Shown here: positions 62,068 through 64,000 of the stretch, in pieces
Position numbering within the stretch: the first letter of the stretch is position 1
Layout: the number at the start of each line of letters is the position of its first letter
Assembly: GCA_051294375.1 (NCBI GenBank)
Contig: CM119265.1
Span: 286,328 to 350,327 of the forward strand
Length of the DNA: 64,000 nt
From: Paraspadella gotoi
Lineage: Eukaryota; Animalia; Chaetognatha
Reading direction: 5' to 3'
Notes under the pieces: generated by a model
Database searches by the model: none
What the model saw: only the letters and a program-made list of their open reading frames with translations
What the model was told of the DNA's origin: nothing
Position numbers and translations under genes: made by a program

Positions 62068-64000
62068 CGTAGATTCGAACCCCGATATTATTTTAATCCA
62101 CAAGTGTGACACATGCCAGTTAATGGCCATCTCAGATCGATACAGACCTTTTTCTGAACTCATATTTATACTCGAATCGATTTTATAATAATAATAATAA
62201 TAATAAAAAGAGGCGATGGACTGGTCTCGAACTCGGGACCTTCGATCCACGAGCGGCGACTCTACCAGCATCGCCACTCAGTCCGATGACATTAGAATGT
62301 TAATCTAACTTATATAACTTGTATAACTCATTCGTTATATAATCAGATTGCTCTTTTATTGTTTAGAACAAATGATCATTTATATTTTATTTTAAACATA
62401 TGTTTTTACTTTGTTGTTTCCACAAGGTCTGGAAAATCTTTTAATCAGTTTAAACAAAATTATTCACATCGAAAAGACTCGTTAAAATTATTGTTAATCG
62501 GTTTTACTACTTCATTATTATTCATTTAATTGCATTTTATTGCTCATATAGATATTGCAATTACTAATTAGTAAATGGAATATCTATATGCTTTGATTAT
62601 TTTATTAAGGTTCCATTTTAATCAATAACCAAACAAAGTTGGTTAGTCTTTTTAAAAACATTCAATAAACAAACATCACGCCACGTGCGTCAACGCCAAC
62701 GTCAGCGTCACTTCCGGTTTGGGTTAAAAGGCTAATAACTCTATCAAATCCTACCTCTGGTCTTCCCGAGTCACGCCATCCAACTTCATTGACCTCTCGC
62801 GACGCCAACGGCCGCGCCAGAAGCGACGCCAACTCGAAGGCCACGCCCACTTTCGTTCGATCGACTCCATTCACTCGCCGATCGACTCATCATCAGGTGC
62901 GTCATCTCGTCAACAAAGTGAGTTGTTTACGCCATCTACATTGGTGATCCGCGACGTCGGACTCCCTCAACCTTCTGATAAATCAACTATATCAATGAGC
63001 GACTCTCGCGAGACGCGACAAGCCGCCCGACAACGCCAGCAAGCAAGCCCTAAACGTGCCCGCTGGATTCGGTCGTGGCCGAAACTCTCGTGAAAACTCG
63101 CCATCGAATCTCGTTAGGCGCCTCGCCGCGCCAATCTTCAACAACCCACCGGCGCAACGGAACCAGAAGTCTTTGCTGACGCCGAGGACAACGATACTGG
63201 CTAACGCCGCCGCCCTGGAGCGAAACGCGGAAGCTCTCCGTCGACCGCCCTCGCCACCGCACCTCGCCGCTCTAGAGAAGAAGAGGAAGCCTGACTTCCT
63301 CACTTCGATCCCAAAAACATCGACGTCTGGCCCGCCGAGTCGAAGCGGTTTATGTTCGATCCAATATTCGCGACGCTAAGGAGAAATTTGCTCACTTAGA
63401 GTCTAAGATGACGTCAATCTTAATCCGCGCGTCAACGCCTTTCTCTACGGCGAGCAAATCGGACAGACGCTGGAACGAGTTCGTCCTCTATCTTCAGAAA
63501 GAGTATGAGCTCCACTCCGCGCCAGCAGGCGGCCGTCTTACTCGATGGCTTTTGGCCGCGACGGCCTCAGACCATCGCAGCACCTCGCACGATTGGAGGA
63601 AAAGATAAAGGCTTAACCATCGATGATCTAAAGAAGGAACGGTCATTAGAGGACTCCCCATTGAAGTCCAACGCCTCCCTCGAGGGAAAAGCCGATTCGT
63701 TGACGGCGCAGAGTTGGCCGATGAGGCGACAAGTTCTTTGATCAAGACGGACGTCTACGACTGGCAGCTCCATCATCGACGATCAACGCGCCACTCTCAA
63801 ACAACTCGTCGACGACGACATAAGCGACAGCGACGACGAGGCAGAGATAAACGCTGTAGGGGGACAGCGCCGCGACCGCAGCCGCCCGTCAAACGGGAAC
63901 TGGAGGTCCAATGCAGCGAAGCCTCCCTCAAGCAGCGCCAGACCGCCAAGTGGCTCGTCAACGAATCCCCGCCCGGCCAATCAAAAGCTTAAGCAAATCT
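62068..64000 (+). mobile_element. Gypsy family F8 (F3-related): 5' LTR 62068-62940, PBS 62942-62956, frameshifted gag from 62995
   Basis: LTR 3' third is similar to the F3 LTR; ...CTACA-T-TGGTGATCC; gag pieces PAGFGRGR, KRKPDF, RQQAAVLLDG. Confidence 0.88.
62205..62290 (-). ncRNA. tRNA-like Pol III cassette in F8 LTR (antisense) with T5 terminator
   Basis: TGGCGATGCTGGTAGAG...CTCGTGGAT...GAGTTCGAGACC...TTTTT. Confidence 0.7.

Overview
Eukaryotic window, probably a metazoan with TTAGGG telomeres. The assembly is noisy, with many indels and N-gaps. The window is dominated by at least eight related but distinct families (here F1-F8) of Ty3/Gypsy LTR retrotransposons of the CsRn1/Kabuki/Boudicca type, recognised by a CHCC Gag knuckle, a tRNA-Trp-like PBS, a GGGAAAC -1 frameshift and PR-RT-RH-IN order. 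They alternate with six (TTAGGG)n/(CCCTAA)n arrays. Eleven of the twelve array edges fall at LTR termini, and the cleanest junctions share one phase (GGGT/ACCC), which points to LTR elements that integrate into telomeric repeats. Each LTR whose U3 region is readable (F2-F8) carries an antisense tRNA-like (Pol III A/B-box) cassette. Four families have a conserved stem-loop just after the pol stop whose G-U pairs form only on the antisense strand, suggesting an element-encoded antisense Pol III ncRNA. The elements also show a bipartite tRNA-Trp PBS, a conserved splice-donor/hairpin/branch-point leader, a DGG protease triad and conserved integrase C-terminal motifs. The remainder includes a ~3 kb 33-35 bp satellite, a TRIM-like direct-repeat pair, probable exons of a minus-strand host gene, a Penelope-type hammerhead palindrome and a decayed coding-like block. 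Long-range arrangement may partly reflect misassembly.
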